Shown piece by piece: positions 12,131 through 25,024 of a DNA stretch of 64,000 nt (position 1 is its first letter; each line of letters begins with the position of its first letter). The notes under the pieces were generated by a model that made no database searches, was not told the origin of the DNA, and worked only from the letters and a program-made list of their open reading frames with translations. This DNA is from Podarcis muralis (taxonomy: Eukaryota). The translations under genes were made by a program, and so were the position numbers. Location: the NCBI RefSeq assembly GCF_964188315.1, contig NC_135666.1, positions 2,604,001-2,668,000 on the forward strand. The letters are read 5' to 3'.

Positions 12131-12733
12131 TAATCAATCGATCTAGATTGCATGGTGCAAATGTGGCCCTAGAAAGCCAAGATTCTGGCTCAGCTCCCCA
12201 TCAATCCTGAATCTAGTCCACGGTTTCCCAAACTTGGGTCCCTGGCTGTTTTGGGACTACAACTCCCACCATCCCTAGCTAGCAGGACCAGTGGGTCAGG
12301 GACGATGGGAACTGTAGTCCCAAAACAGCCGGAGACCCACGTTTGGGAAACCCCGATCTAGTCTTATTAACGTGGATCCTAAATGTCAGTCCTGCCTGTG
12401 GCCTCCCCAGCCGCTCTCTGGCGTCAGCGGGCAGCAGATGCCCCACCCTTGTGGATCTGGTCCAGGAACTGGCGGCCACGAACACAGAAGGCGGGAGCCC
12501 CAATACCACGCCTGCGGGGTTGGCCTTTGGACATGCCAATCAGGGGAGGAATCCAGACCATCATCCTTGCATGCCAGCCCAAGCTATGTCTCCGCACAGT
12601 CGCCCACAATCAGGGAGACTTCAGAGGTTTTTTGAAAAGGAAAATCAAGGTGGTTTTTTTTGGTCTATGCAGCTTGGAGGGGCCCAAATGACAAGGGATT
12701 ATAGATGAGATGGAAGACCTCTGGGAAGGTGTA

Positions 12734-12736
12734 TTA

Positions 12737-12779
<43 letters not shown>

Positions 12780-12925
12780 TACTTATACCCCGCCCATCTG
12801 GCTGGGTTTCCCCAGCCACTCTGGGCAGCTCCCAAGAGAAGAAGGAGGAGGAGGAGGAGGAGGAGGAGGAAGCGATAAATCATCAAACATTAAAAACTTC
12901 CCTAAACAGGGCTGCCTTCAGATGT
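12734..12925 (-). mobile_element. L2 3' fragment with (TAT)~15 tail
   Basis: tataccccgcccatctggctgggtttccccagccactctggg identical to the L2 3' UTR at 9505; internal GAG-rich tract. Confidence 0.85.
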
Positions 12926-14573
12926 TTTTTAAAATGTGCTGCACTTTCCCTGCTACACAAGGCAAGAGTGGGGAGCCTTGGGCCCTCCAGTCGCCGCTGT
13001 ACTACAACTCCCATCAGCCTCAGCAAGCATAGGGGCGGAATCATAGAATGGCAGTTGGGACCCCCAAGGGGCATCTAGTCTAACCCTCTGCAAAGTCTAA
13101 CCTCGCTGCTAAATGATGATGGGAGGTGTAATCTGGCACACCCGCGACTAACAGAGAAGCAAGATCACCTGTGTCCTATGCTCAGGTTGTATATATGTGT
13201 AAATAAAACCATATACCCTGAAGACATCGCGGTCTCTGCTGACCTTCCAAGGAAACTGAACCTTGGGCTCAGAACCCCGGGGGTCTCTCAGCTCTCAGAG
13301 ATCGGGGGGGTGGGGGCGAAAAAGTAGCAGGAGAAACAGAGGCACATTTCACAGATGTTTTAATGGAATCTCCACCCACCCCCCAAGGAAAGGCCCCGCT
13401 CTCAAGTGACCGATGGTCTCCCTGCGGTAAATGCACTTGAGGCACGGATTCACACATGACAGAATGAAGGCGTGTCTGAATGAGCAGGAGTGGATCTGCC
13501 CTTTGGAAGAACGTCGGTCCTCTCCGCGGGTCTGAAACGAGCAAGTTGTTAAGATTTCTTTCCAATCTTTAGAAATGTAACGCTCGATGGGCACCGAAGA
13601 CTCTGCCCTAAGGTTCGGAAGAAACCTTCCTTCCTTCCAGAAGGGGGTCCCAGTGGGGTCAGCGATGTGAGGAGCCGGGCAAAGTTTGGAGTCTGTTAGA
13701 AACTAGGAGCGCCAAAACTCCGAACTTTTGCTGGATGCGGAAAGGATGCAAGAGGCAAGTTTTAAAAAGGAACTTTTAACAGCCTTTCCGTCTTTCGCCG
13801 CTTGGTTCCCTACTAAATGCTTTGGACTACAACTCCCATCATGCTGTGCTGGCTGGGGGCTGATGGGAGTTGTAGTCCAAGATACCTCAGAGGGCACCAG
13901 GTTGCTGAAGGTTGTGCTACACTGAATGTAGCCCAGCCAGAATGGATCACAACACTTTTGACAACTACCTTATTTTCGCAGTTGCAGAAAAATGGCAAAA
14001 AACAGGTTACCCAGCTCCTGGTGAGCTATATTTGACATGGTTGGTCACATGCAGTGCCCTGGTGCCTGGTCTGAGGTGGCTGTCCCCTCCATACTTCAGT
14101 TAAGCTCAGGGATATGCGGACAAGCTCACCAGGAAATAAGTTCACACCTCACACATCAGCCAGGAAACTTCTTTTGACCTGTTCTGGCCACCCAGCAAAG
14201 GACACTGAGCAAGACCATATCCATTCTGCATCAGGCACAACCCCTGAGGTCCCATCAGGTCCCAACACCAGGAAGGCCCTGCCCATCCTCATACAACGCT
14301 TCTCCTTTGCGCCAACCACGAATGGCCACCCTCCAGATGTGTGGGAGTACAACTCCCATTAACTGACACAGCTCAACACACCTGGAAGCTGATGGGAATT
14401 GTAGTCCAAATCTTTTGGACCACGCTCAGGCTGCTTAATGTTGTGACTACTATTTGGGAGCCCTTATGCAAAGGACATGCTCTTGACCTAAGTCTGGGGT
14501 GGGGAAACCTGCAAAAGAGCAGCAGCTGAGTCCATGTTGTTGCCCTTTACCCAGACCTGGTATCCCAACACAG

Positions 14574-14882
14574 CATGGGGAGGCAAACTAAGGCCTGGGG
14601 GCCAGATCTGGCCCAATCGCCTTCTAAATCCGGCCTGCGGATGGTCCGGGAATCAGTGTGTTTTCACATGAGTAGAATGTGTCCTTTTATTTCTGGGTTA
14701 TTTGTGGGGCCTGCCTGGTGTTTTTACATGAGTAGAATGTGTCCTTTTATTTAAAATGCATCTCTGGGTTATTTGTGAGCATAGGAATTCCTTCATTATT
14801 TTTCCCAAAATATAGTCCGGCCCCCCACAAGGTCTGAGGGGCGGTGGACCGGCCCCCGGCTGAAAAAGTTTGCTGACCCCTG
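14574..14882. mobile_element. hAT/Charlie-like MITE with internal ~60-bp tandem duplication
   Basis: ggcaaactaaggcc...aaaagtttgctgacccctg; the segment catgagtagaatgtgtccttttatt is present twice. Confidence 0.8.
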
Positions 14883-15069
14883 TGGTACAGCATTGGCGCA
14901 GCAGATCCCGCAGCAAGACCCCACTCTTGCAAACCACAAACGCAAAGTAGAAGATTACAGTTGAGCAGAATGGACGGACGGACGGACACACACAAACGCA
15001 CACGCACACTCTTTGTCCTGGCCTGCAAGAAAGTCAAGTTTTGGCAACGACCCGCCGAGCCGGCGGTCC

Positions 15070-16754
15070 CTATCGCGCCTCCACCTTCAGAGCGGGTGCC
15101 GGCCCTTGTGGGGCGCCCTTCCTGTGCACCCGCTGATGCTTGGCGAGGTGGTGCTTTTGGACGAAACGCTTCCCGCACTCGGCGCAGGGGTAGGGCTTCT
15201 CCCCCGTGTGGTAGCGCTGGTGCCGGACAAGGTTGGGCTTCTGGCTGAAGCGCTTCCCGCACTCGCCACACTGGTAAGGCCTCTCGCCGGTGTGGATCCG
15301 GCGGTGGATGGTGAGAGCCGACCACGACACGAAGCCTTTCCCGCACTCGTTGCAGATGTACTGCTTCTGTTCCGGGGCGGGGGGCTTGGGCAGCTCGGGC
15401 TTCCAGAAGACCCCCTTCTTCGTCTGTGAGAGAGCCAGTGGCCGAGTCCCCGGCTCGACGATCAGGACCGGCTGGCCGTCATCGCCCTGCGACCCAGAGA
15501 CCTCAGCGGGACGGAAAAGGCCCTGCCCGCCGGCCATCAGCGATTCCACCACTGCCTCCAAGCTCTCTGGGTGTCCCAGAGCAAAGCGCCCTGCGCCCCG
15601 CTCCGCCAGGGCCTCCGACCCCGCGTGGCCATCCCTCTGGTGCCCCGTGAGGCTCCCCTTGGTGGGGAAGGTCTGCCCGCAGGCGTGGCACTGGAAACCC
15701 TTCTCCGCCGCGTGGGTCCGCTGGTGCTTGAGCAGGTGCTGCTTCTGGGTGAAGCCTTTTCCGCACTCGGCGCAGGCATGAGGCCTCTCACCGCTGTGGT
15801 ACCGGAGGTGGCGCAGGAGGTTGGGCTTCTGGGTGAAGCTCTTCCCGCACTGGGCACACGGGAAGGGCTTCTCACCCGTGTGGATGCGCTGGTGGATGCT
15901 GAGTGAGGACCACCAGGTGAAGCCTTTGCCGCACTCGCTGCAGATGAACTTCTTCACCCCCCGACGGCGCCCCGTGGGCCGCGCTGGCGCCCAGCCCAGG
16001 CTGGCCCGCGCCTCCTCCCGCTGCCTGGCCACCGTCTCCCGGTAGGCCTCCTTCAGCTCCTGGAAAACCAGCCGGCGCTGGCGGGCGTGGGTCCGTCGGT
16101 GGAGGCGCAGCACCACCTTGTTGCTGAAGCTCCGCTGGCACTCGGGGCAGGCGCTTGGGCTTGGCCGCGCCCAGAAGTGGGTCCGCTGGTGCTTGGCAAG
16201 GTGCTGCTTCTGGCGGAAGCGGCGCTCGCACCTGGCGCACTGGAAGGGCCGCTCCCCGGTGTGGTGGCGCAGGTGGCACAACAGGTTGGGCCTCTGGCTG
16301 AAGCGCCTCCCGCACGCCTGGCACCCAAAGGGCTTCTCCCCGGTGTGGGTGCGCTGGTGGGTGTTCAGCGATGACCGCCAGGCAAAGCCTATCCCACACT
16401 CCCCGCAGGTGAAGTCCCCCTCCGCGGCGCCCGTTCTCTGGGTCGCTTTGCCCTGCCCAACTCGGATGGCGCTGCGCAGCTCTTCACCCGCCATGTCCGC
16501 TCTTCCTGCGCCATAGGTGCGCAAGCCCCTGCTTCCTCCGGAGTTGGGGTCGTCTTCTTCCTCCTCCTCCCCTGGGGGCATCTTCTGGTTCCTCACGGCC
16601 AGTCTGTGCCATCGAGGGAAACTCCTTCTCCGGCTGGCGAACTGGAAAATGGCGCCTTTCACTGCCCGCTTCCTGTCGCTGGTTCCGTTTGGTTTCTTGG
16701 CCTCTTCTGCTGGACAACTTCCCTCTTCGGTATATCTGGTCGTGCAGAGGACTT
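15070..16754 (-). CDS. ZNF775: ZNF775 orthologue, zinc-finger exon (11 C2H2 fingers, 4+4+3)
   Basis: Recognition helices WRSSL/WWSSL/SWSAL, QKPNL and QKQHL in three modules and C-terminus KVEAR match human ZNF775 as I recall it (ends KEEAR). Acceptor ttccag at 16756-16755, phase 1. Syntenic with REPIN1 and RARRES2. Confidence 0.88.
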
Positions 16755-16869
16755 CTGGAAGACAAAAGGGAAGTAACAGAGCCGGAGGCTGGTGGTTGTC
16801 CTTTCGAAGGAATAAAAATAAAATAAAAAGGAATAAAAATAATAAAAATAAAAAGGAATAATTAGAAAA

Positions 16870-17165
16870 GGGAGGGTCTCATTCCTGCGTACCAGATAGA
16901 GCTGGCAGACAGCTGCCCTGGACACAGAATTGACCTGCGCCTCCATGGACAGCTGTGAGTCCAAAATGACTCCCAGGCTGCACACCTGGTCCTTCAGGGA
17001 CACAGTTACCCCATTCAGGACCAGGGAGTCCCCCACATCTGCCCGCCTCCTGTCCCCCCAAAACAGTACTTGGGTTTCTAGAGACAGAGGTGTACCCAGG
17101 AGAACCTCCACGCTATGCAGTTGCTCCTTCAGAGGGAGCGTGACCCCAATTAATATGGGTAACTT
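16870..17165 (-). mobile_element. Internal L2 ORF fragments in a ZNF775 intron
   Basis: Translates GDSLVLNGVTVSLKDQVCSLGVILDSQLSMEAQV, homologous to the 9582-11213 ORF. Confidence 0.8.
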
Positions 17166-17216
17166 GCCTCCCCGCTGGGCATGGGGGCTCCCCACATCTT
17201 GGAGGACAACACAAAC

Positions 17217-17298
17217 CTGAGCTGACGTTCCGGGATGCTTCGTTTTCTCCAGAATCTCTCTTACGCAGGAGACCACCATTCTCTCTCCTCTCCTCCAT
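17217..17298 (-). CDS. ZNF775: ZNF775 probable first coding exon (MEERRENGGLLRKRDSGENEASRNVSS)
   Basis: Acceptor ttttccag at 17312-17311, strong Kozak agaggATGG, phase-1 donor G|gtttgt. 82+1685 nt = 589 codons, in frame with the finger exon. Confidence 0.65.
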
Positions 17299-19247
17299 CC
17301 TCTGGGAAGCCTGGAAAACGAAGGAACAGCCATTAATTTGGGAGGAAGAGGCAGCCCACCGTCTCTTGCGCGGTCAGGAGAAGCAACTGCAGAACGTCAT
17401 AAGAACCAGAATGGCAAAGTACAATGACGAAGAGGACGGTAAATATAGGCCTGTTCCTTGGATGGACCACGTCAGCTCTCATAACAAATTCTTCCCCCAT
17501 GAACTTGTCCAATCCTCTTTTCATAGAATCATAGAATCCTAGAGTTGGAATAGACCGCAAGGGCCATCGAGTCCAACCCCCTGCCAAGCAGGAAACACCA
17601 TCAGAGCACTCCTGACATATGGTTGTCAAGCCTCTGCTTAAAGACCTCCAAAGAAGGAGACTCCACCAAAGCTATCCAGGCTGGTGGCCATCATAGCTTC
17701 CTGTGGCAAGGAGTTCCACAGTTTAACAATGCAGTGCATGAACAAGTCCTTCCTTTTCTACATTCTGAATCTTCCAACGTTCACCTCCACTGTATGTCCA
17801 TGAGTTCTAGTGTTATGAGAGAGGGAGAACAACTTTTCTTTTTTAGTTTTTTATTTATACTTTTCAAATTTATACATTTCATTAGTTTTACAATCAATCT
17901 GACATTTCAAAAATCGACATTCTTCCCCCTCTCTTTTCTCTATCCACTTTCTCCTTGCCAGGAGTAATTTTACAAACTTCTAGTATGTTGACTCTTCCTC
18001 ACCTTTTCCCTAAACTCAAACCAAACGCTGCGCCCTTTCCTCATCAGAGAGTCGCTCCATCCCCTCAATGTATTTATTTGCCCTTTCCTGAACACTTTCA
18101 CAACTCTATAACATCATTTTTGAGGCGAGGCAACCAGAACCGAACCCAGGGCTCCCAATGCAGCCACACCATAGATATGTTTCACAGCATTACTATATTG
18201 GCAGTTTTAGTTTCAGTTCCTTTCCTTACGATCCTAATGTTAAAGAAACAGGAGTCTCTTGATTATCCAAAGATAGAAAACATTGCCTGATCTCAACAAC
18301 TCATTAATGGTGGAATGAGATATGGGAAATTGCATTACATGAAAAACTTACCTGGTGGTACACCTATTTTCTTGAAAGGCAAAACAAAGGTAACCTCTTT
18401 TGTCTCTCTTTGGTGGGATTTAACTGAAGGAAGGAAAATGCATTTTCTCTTCCACAAATCTCTCAAGAAATTTGGAATAAGTAACATCAAATTGGTTGAA
18501 TTTCTTTTCCTGGTGTAAGATAGAGCCTTTTCTTCTTGGTGCTCCTTATGTCTCTAAAGATCGCTTTTAAGGTTTCATATTTTTATGTTAGGTGTGCTCC
18601 ATCTCTTGTTCTCTCTCATTTCCTATGACGGTATCTTCCACTCACCTGTCTGCATCTCGTGGCAAATATCCAGGTAACCAGCTTTATAACTTCTTCTTGT
18701 GAATGTAACATCCCATGGCGGCCTTGGCTTGGTTGTGGTTTGGTTTTCATGTGTTTATCCCATAAAGTTCTATTTTGTTATTTGGGCTACATTGATAAAA
18801 TGGAATCATTATTTATATATATAAAAAATTAAAAGGTCCAGCAACCACCTCTGGGCCAGGAATCGTAGCTGGAGAGACCTTTGTGGACCTTAGTGCCCAA
18901 TGCTGGCACAACGACAGCCATTTCTGCACCCTCTGCAAGTGACCAAGGCAGCAAGATAAACTAAAATATAATCTGGCCAGCTGTCAAGCACGACAGGTGG
19001 ACGTCCCCCCACCATGGAGAAAGCTCCACCTGTTCGAGTCCTCCTTGTCCTGCAGCTGTCCGAAGTCACAGTGCCTCTGTCTAGGGAGGGGAAGTGGCAA
19101 CCCCCGTGAGGTACCTCTATAGCCACAGGCAAAATACGCATCATATAATCATATATAATGTTTAACATACCACTGTATTTTAATACTTTGTTGGAAGCCA
19201 CCCAGAGTGGCTGGGAAAACCCAGCCAGAAGGGCGGGGTATAAATAA

Positions 19248-19295
<48 letters not shown>

Positions 19296-20590
19296 TTGGA
19301 AAGGACCCCAAGGGCCAATCTAGTCCAACGCCCTTCAAGGCAGAAATCTCAGCTAAAGCATCCATGACAGATGGCCACCCAACCTCTGCTTAGAAACCTC
19401 CACAGGTTCGAGTCCCACCCTCTGGAGGAGGAGAAAACATGCTTGCTACATTTTCCAGATATTGGAAGGTGGCTCTCCTATCTCCTCTCCGTCTCCTCTT
19501 CCAAGATAAACACCCTCAGCTCCTTCAAACGTTCCTCTTAAGTCTTGACCATCCTGGTCTCCCTCCTCTGCACACCTCCCAGCTTCTCCAAACCATCCTT
19601 AAACTGTGGTACCCAGAAGGAGACACAGGACTTGAAGGCAGAAGAGAGCGGGGATGCGACTTCCCTTAATCTGTACACAAGACATCACTCCCATATAGAC
19701 TCTTAGCAGCCTGGCTCAAAATCCCCCTGGGGCAGCCACAAGGAGCGAGGCTTTTTTCTCCACCACTGCGGAGAAGAAACAAGGGGAAGGAATGGCTTGA
19801 GCGGCTGAATTGATGGCTGTCAGAGCAACTAAGGTCCTGGGCCAGAAAAGTTGACAGCGCGAGCAAGAGGACACCTCCACCGTTTTCCAGCTCTAAGGAC
19901 AATCTGTTTTGGGCATGGGGAGTGCCTTTTTAATTTGTGGCAGATACACAGCATCCTGCATGAAGCTCCGGCGCTGCTGCCAGTCAGTGCTGACAATACT
20001 GAACTCAGTGGAGGAATGATATGGCTCTGCATAAGGCTGCTTCCTATATTATTACATTACATTATATTCTTATTAGGGAAGCTTGGTGGTAGTGGTTGCT
20101 TAGCATGCAGAAGGTTCTGAGTTCGAATTCCTGTAGTATGTCCAGGTTTGGGTGGGGTGGAGACTCCCCTGCCTGAAATGCTGCCGGTCAGAGGAGGCGG
20201 CCCTGAGCTAGGAGGACCCATATGGTCTGACTCTGTAGGCTGCTGCCAGCTGGGCACGACCTCCTCCGCCTCCTGCACGGGCTGGCAGCCCACACTCATC
20301 GGTGCCAGCTGAGCCCGGAGAGGAGGCTGCCCCTCTTGGATCTGGCAGCTGCTGCGAATCTGCAAGTGCCCCAACCAAAGGAAGTCGCCGGAGGACCCGG
20401 GAGCCAAAGGCCGAGAGCACCCGCTTGGCTCGGCTGCGCGCCTGGGCATGGCAGGCTCCCTCCAGGCAGCCAGCAAAAGGCTCCGGGGGCTTTCTCCTTG
20501 GATCCCTCCCAACAGATCCCGGGATCCTGCTGGGATCCAGTGGATCTGCAGCGCTGAGCATGCCAAACCCCCCCCCCTACCTGCTCCTAC

Positions 20591-20890
20591 CTGGTGACTT
20601 GGGCTCTGCAAGGCAATCCCCGCCTTCTGCAGCCAGCTGGCTCCTCTGTTTGCACTGGCCGAAGAGAATGCAGTGCCACCTTAAGCAGCTCCGGTGCAAT
20701 GATTGGCCGCGGCGCCTGCCAATCTCATCCCCGGGGGGGGGGCGGGACCGCGGAGGAAAGACTTCGCGCAGAAGCGAGAGAAGAGAAAGGACGCCGGCGC
20801 GCAGGGAGCAGGAGGCGGCGCCTGCGATTGGCTGCGGCGCACAGCCGGGCCGGCGCCATTGGAGAAAGGGAGGGCCAATAGGAAGGTGGC
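20591..20890 (-). promoter_or_regulatory. ZNF775 CpG-island promoter and non-coding exon 1
   Basis: Five CCAAT/ATTGG boxes (20702, 20719, 20827, 20858, 20875), a GC box, and donor CAG|GTAGGA ending an exon at 20591. Confidence 0.65.
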
Positions 20891-20981
20891 TTGTGCACCT
20901 CGCTCCTCCCCCTCCTCCGCAGGTCAAAGCTTAACCCCTGCGCGTCCAGCGGAAAGTGAAACTGAATACAAGGAGCAGAAT

Positions 20982-21111
20982 NNNNNNNNNNNNNNNNNNN
21001 NNNNNNNNNNNNNNNNNNNNNNNNNNNNNNNNNNNNNNNNNNNNNNNNNNNNNNNNNNNNNNNNNNNNNNNNNNNNNNNNNNNNNNNNNNNNNNNNNNNN
21101 NNNNNNNNNNN
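20982..21111. other. Assembly gap (130 N)
   Basis: Run of N. Confidence 1.
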
Positions 21112-22030
21112 TATTATTTTAATAACCTTTTAAAAATAACTTTTAATAACTTTTAATATTATTTTTAATAACTTTTAAAAATAGAATTGTGAAGTTGGGA
21201 CCCCCAAGGATCATCTAGTCCGACCCGCTGCAATGTTGGAATCACAGCTAAGGAATCCTTGACAACCTCTCTTTAGAAACCCCCACAATGCTGCCTGCAC
21301 GCCTGCGTCCTTGAACCTTGGGGCCCCAGGTGTTGTGGGTCTGAAAGCCCCATCGTCCCCAGCCAGCATGACCAATGGTCAGAGCAATGGGAGTTTTACT
21401 CCAACCACATCTGGGGACTCAGGGCTGGAGAGCAATGGAGTCTGCACTGGCTGGCAGCAGCTCTCCGGGGTCCAGGCAGGACTCTCTCCCAGGGATTGGA
21501 CCTGGGACCTTCTGCTTCGCAAACAGATGCTCTCTGCCACTGAGCTATGGCCCTTCTGGATCAATGGGGCTGGACTCCCTTCAGTCAGACCTCCAAGAGT
21601 GAGGGGTCTGCAACCCAGGAAGCCCCCTGTTCACAATCCCTCTGCCATGAACTCAGACTCACAGGGCCTTGGGAGAGATCACCTTTTCTCAGCTTGCAGC
21701 TCCCGTCTGCTCAGGTGGGGCTAAGAGGGCATTCTGCATTCTCATTTTGTATTTTCCTGATGTGGACTGTTCAGATGAAGGGCAGTAGACTAATTAAATA
21801 ATTAAATTAATAACGATGATGGTAATAATTATGTCTGGATGGAGAACCCGCAAACCCCAAAGTAGTCCGGGCTGATTTCTGTTGAAGAAATGTGGGCTGG
21901 CACTGACATACACAACATCGATGCCAAGTATTCTCACGATCAGCCTCTGTGCTACACAGCATTCTTTAGCAGGAAGGCGACTGTGGGCTTCGTAAGAACG
22001 CTGGCATTAATGCAAAGGATATTTATCGTA

Positions 22031-22617
22031 CAGTGGTACCTTGGTTCTCAAACGCCTTGGTACTCAAACAACTTGGAACCCAAACACTGCAAACCCAGAA
22101 GTGTTCCAGTTTGTGAACTTTTTTCAGAAGCCGCACATGCTCCTTTTTGAGAGTTAGGCTGACGATTTGAGTGTTACGCTGAGGTCTGTTTGATTTTGCT
22201 ATTTATTTTGCGGTTTTGCGGCTTTCTTGTTTTGTTTTTGTGACTGTGTGTAACCCAGTTCAGTTCCTGATTGATTGTGTGACTGCAGTAGAGTGTTTAT
22301 TGCTTTCATTTTATGAATCAGTGTTCTCGTTAGATAGCAAAAATCATGTTAAATTGCTGTTTTAGGGGTTGTTTTTAAAATAAGGTTAACCGGGGACAGT
22401 CCCCAGTTTTACCAATCAGTCCCCTGGCAAAATCCATTGAAGTTGAAAAGTGTCCCCAGATTTTCATTGAAAAAAATCTGGTAACCATATTTTAAAAGTC
22501 TGAAATGGATTAATCCTTTTTGCGTTACTTTCTATGGGAAAGCGCACCTTGGTTTTGGAACGCTTTGGTTTTGGAATGGACTTCTGGAATGGACTAAGTT
22601 TGAGAACCAAGGTACCA
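22031..22617. mobile_element. Tigger-like non-autonomous DNA transposon
   Basis: TA|cagtggtaccttggttctcaaac...tttgagaaccaaggtacca inverted termini. Confidence 0.75.
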
Positions 22618-22952
22618 GGAAGAAGGCTGCCTGTGCACAGACTTTTAGCGCCACTGTACAGATAAACTTGACCCACAGGAGTGATCCAGGTTATTGGGAA
22701 TCTTTATGAAGAATGCTGTGCAACCCGGAAGCTCACATCCCCTCATTGCTGTGTTTCCTCCTGTTAAAAAGAGGTCCTTCTGACATTTCCGTGGTGGGAT
22801 TGGGGGTATTCCCGTTAATTCAGAGATGGGGAACCTACAGCCCTCCAGATGTTTGCTGGACTCAACAACTCCCATTAGCCCCACAACATTTGACCACGCT
22901 GGAAGGAGCTGATGGGAATTGCAGTCCATTGCATCTGCAAGGCCCCCCAAGG

Positions 22953-23508
22953 TAATAATAAAAAATTATTATTTCTACCCTGCCCATCTGGCTGGGTCTC
23001 CCCAGCCACTCTGAGTGGCTTCCAACAGAAGGTTAAAAATACATTAAAACGTCAGTCTTTAAAAACTTGCCTAAACAGGACTGCCTTCAGATGTCTTCTA
23101 AAATTCAAATAGTTGTTTATTTCCTTGACATCTGATGGGAGGGCGTTCCACAGGGTGGATGCCACTACCGAGAAGGCCCTCTGTTTGGTTCCCTGTAACG
23201 TGGCTTCTCGCAGCGAGGGAACTGGCAGAAGGCCCTCAGAGCTGGACCTCAGTGTCCAGGCAGAACGATGGAGGTGGAGACGCTCCTTCAGGTCTACTGG
23301 ACCGAGGTCGTTTAGGGCTTTAAAGGTCAGCACCAACACTTTGAATTGTGCTTGGAAACGTCCTGGGAGCCAGTGTAGGTCTTTCAATACCTGTGTTATA
23401 TGGTCTTGGCGGCCGCTCCCAGTCACCAGTCTAGCTGCCGCATTCTGGATTAGTTGTAGTTTCTGGGTCACCTTCAAAGGTAGCCCCACATAGAGCGCAT
23501 TGCAGTAG
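22953..23508 (-). mobile_element. L2 3' fragment flanked by 103-bp direct repeats
   Basis: ORF remnant DYCNALYVGLPLKVTQKLQLIQNAAARL...LFRQVFKD, 3' UTR and TTA/A tail. Confidence 0.9.
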
Positions 23509-24597
23509 TCCAGATGTTTGCTGGACTCTGCAACTCCTATCAGCTCCACAACATTTGACCACGCTGGAAGGAGCTGATGGGAATTGCAGTCCATTGCATC
23601 TGCAAGGCCCCCGACGTGGCTTTAATTCAACTGGTTTTGGGAAGAAAGCGCGAGGCCACGTGGCCACAGTCGACACACTGCAAGGAGCTGTGTTTTTAAA
23701 ATTAACATCTACCGCTTTATTCGTTTTAAAAGAGTATACAATAGGAAACCGCTTGAAAATGAAACTGGCTTGTGTCTAAAACAAGGGCACCTAGAAAGGG
23801 CAGTGTTACTACCTTGCATTAGGAGTTTAGGCTGTGGTCTCCTTGTCCACAAGTCTTGCACACACGCACACACACACGACCCAATCCCATAGCCTGCCCT
23901 GGGTATAAATAATGCCGAATTAAGCAAATAGATGCAGAGAAGCTTTTCCCCCTTGCTCCGTTTGCATGCGGTGCTGCAGAAGCAGAAGGTAAAAAGTTGA
24001 AGGAGGCTTTGAGGACAGAGGTAGGACAACGGGACTTGGAAGTCAGGCGAGAGGAACAGGTCACCATGCAAGACCGGCCGGCAGCTCCTCCTCGCCGTGG
24101 ATTTTGAACCTCGTGCAGAGACGACACACACATCTTCGGATCGTGTCTCGCCAGGAATGAGGACTAGCCACCTGCTTATTTTCTAAAATAATTAAGCTGC
24201 AATCCTAAAAGGGGGAAAAACAAACCAAAAGAATCTTGCCTGCTTCTGCGCGGAATTTCCCCCAAAGTCACGACAAGACAGGCCTGCTTCTAATTATTTT
24301 AAAAATCTATCATGCTGTGTCAGTTGTGGATGAGAGTCCTTTTTCTCGCTCCCTCGCTCTCTGTCCACAGGCACATCCCTGCCCCAAATTCTGCCGTTCA
24401 CATAAACTGTCCGTCTGCAAAGAAGCAGCAAAGGTCCGGATTTTTTATTTTATTTTTAGAGCTCAGGCTGGCTTTTGTTGGCTGCAGGGCCTCTGCAGTC
24501 CCTCGACTCTCGTAGTTAATCTGCGGAACTCCCTCCCTCAGGGGACGGCGACAGTCGCCAACCTAAATGGCTTTAAAAGGGGATTAGACAAATTCTT

Positions 24598-24642
24598 GGA
24601 GGAGGAGGAGGAGGAGGAGGAGGAGGAGGAGGAGGAGGAGGA
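24598..24642. repeat. (GGA)~15 microsatellite inside a CR1 3' fragment
   Basis: Direct reading; follows gggattagacaaattcttgga. Confidence 0.9.
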
Positions 24643-24792
24643 GAGAGCGAGGATGGTTCTGCTGTCCCACCACTGCTGAAGCCTCTCTCCCCAAGCATTT
24701 AGTGGCCATCGCTGCCGGAAACAGTAGGAGGGCGTCTTATGGACAGCGGAACCTCCATGCCCAGGGGCAGTCTACCTCTGCATAACCAGATA

Positions 24793-25024
24793 CAGTGGTA
24801 CCTCGGGTTAAGTACTTAATTCGTTCCGGAGGTCCGCACTTAACCTGAAACTGTTCTTAACCTGAAGCACCACTTTAGCTAATGGGGCCTCCTCCTGCTG
24901 CTGCTGCTGCCCCGCTGGAGCACGATTTCTGTTCTCATCCTAAAGCAAAGTTCTTAAGCCAAGGTACTATTTCTGGGTTAGCGGAGTCTGTAACCTGAAG
25001 CGTCTGTAACCCGAGGTACCACTG
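24793..25024. mobile_element. Tigger-like MITE
   Basis: TA|cagtggtacctcgggtt...aacccgaggtaccactg|TA. Confidence 0.9.

Noticed and set aside
12234-14410. Recurring actacaactccca repeats as a CRISPR-like array
   Set aside because: Irregular spacing, inverted pairs and hAT-type termini show they are MITE arms in a vertebrate genome.
18240-18830. AT-rich stretch that might be a LINE remnant
   Set aside because: I could not recover a diagnostic motif in any frame; left unclassified.
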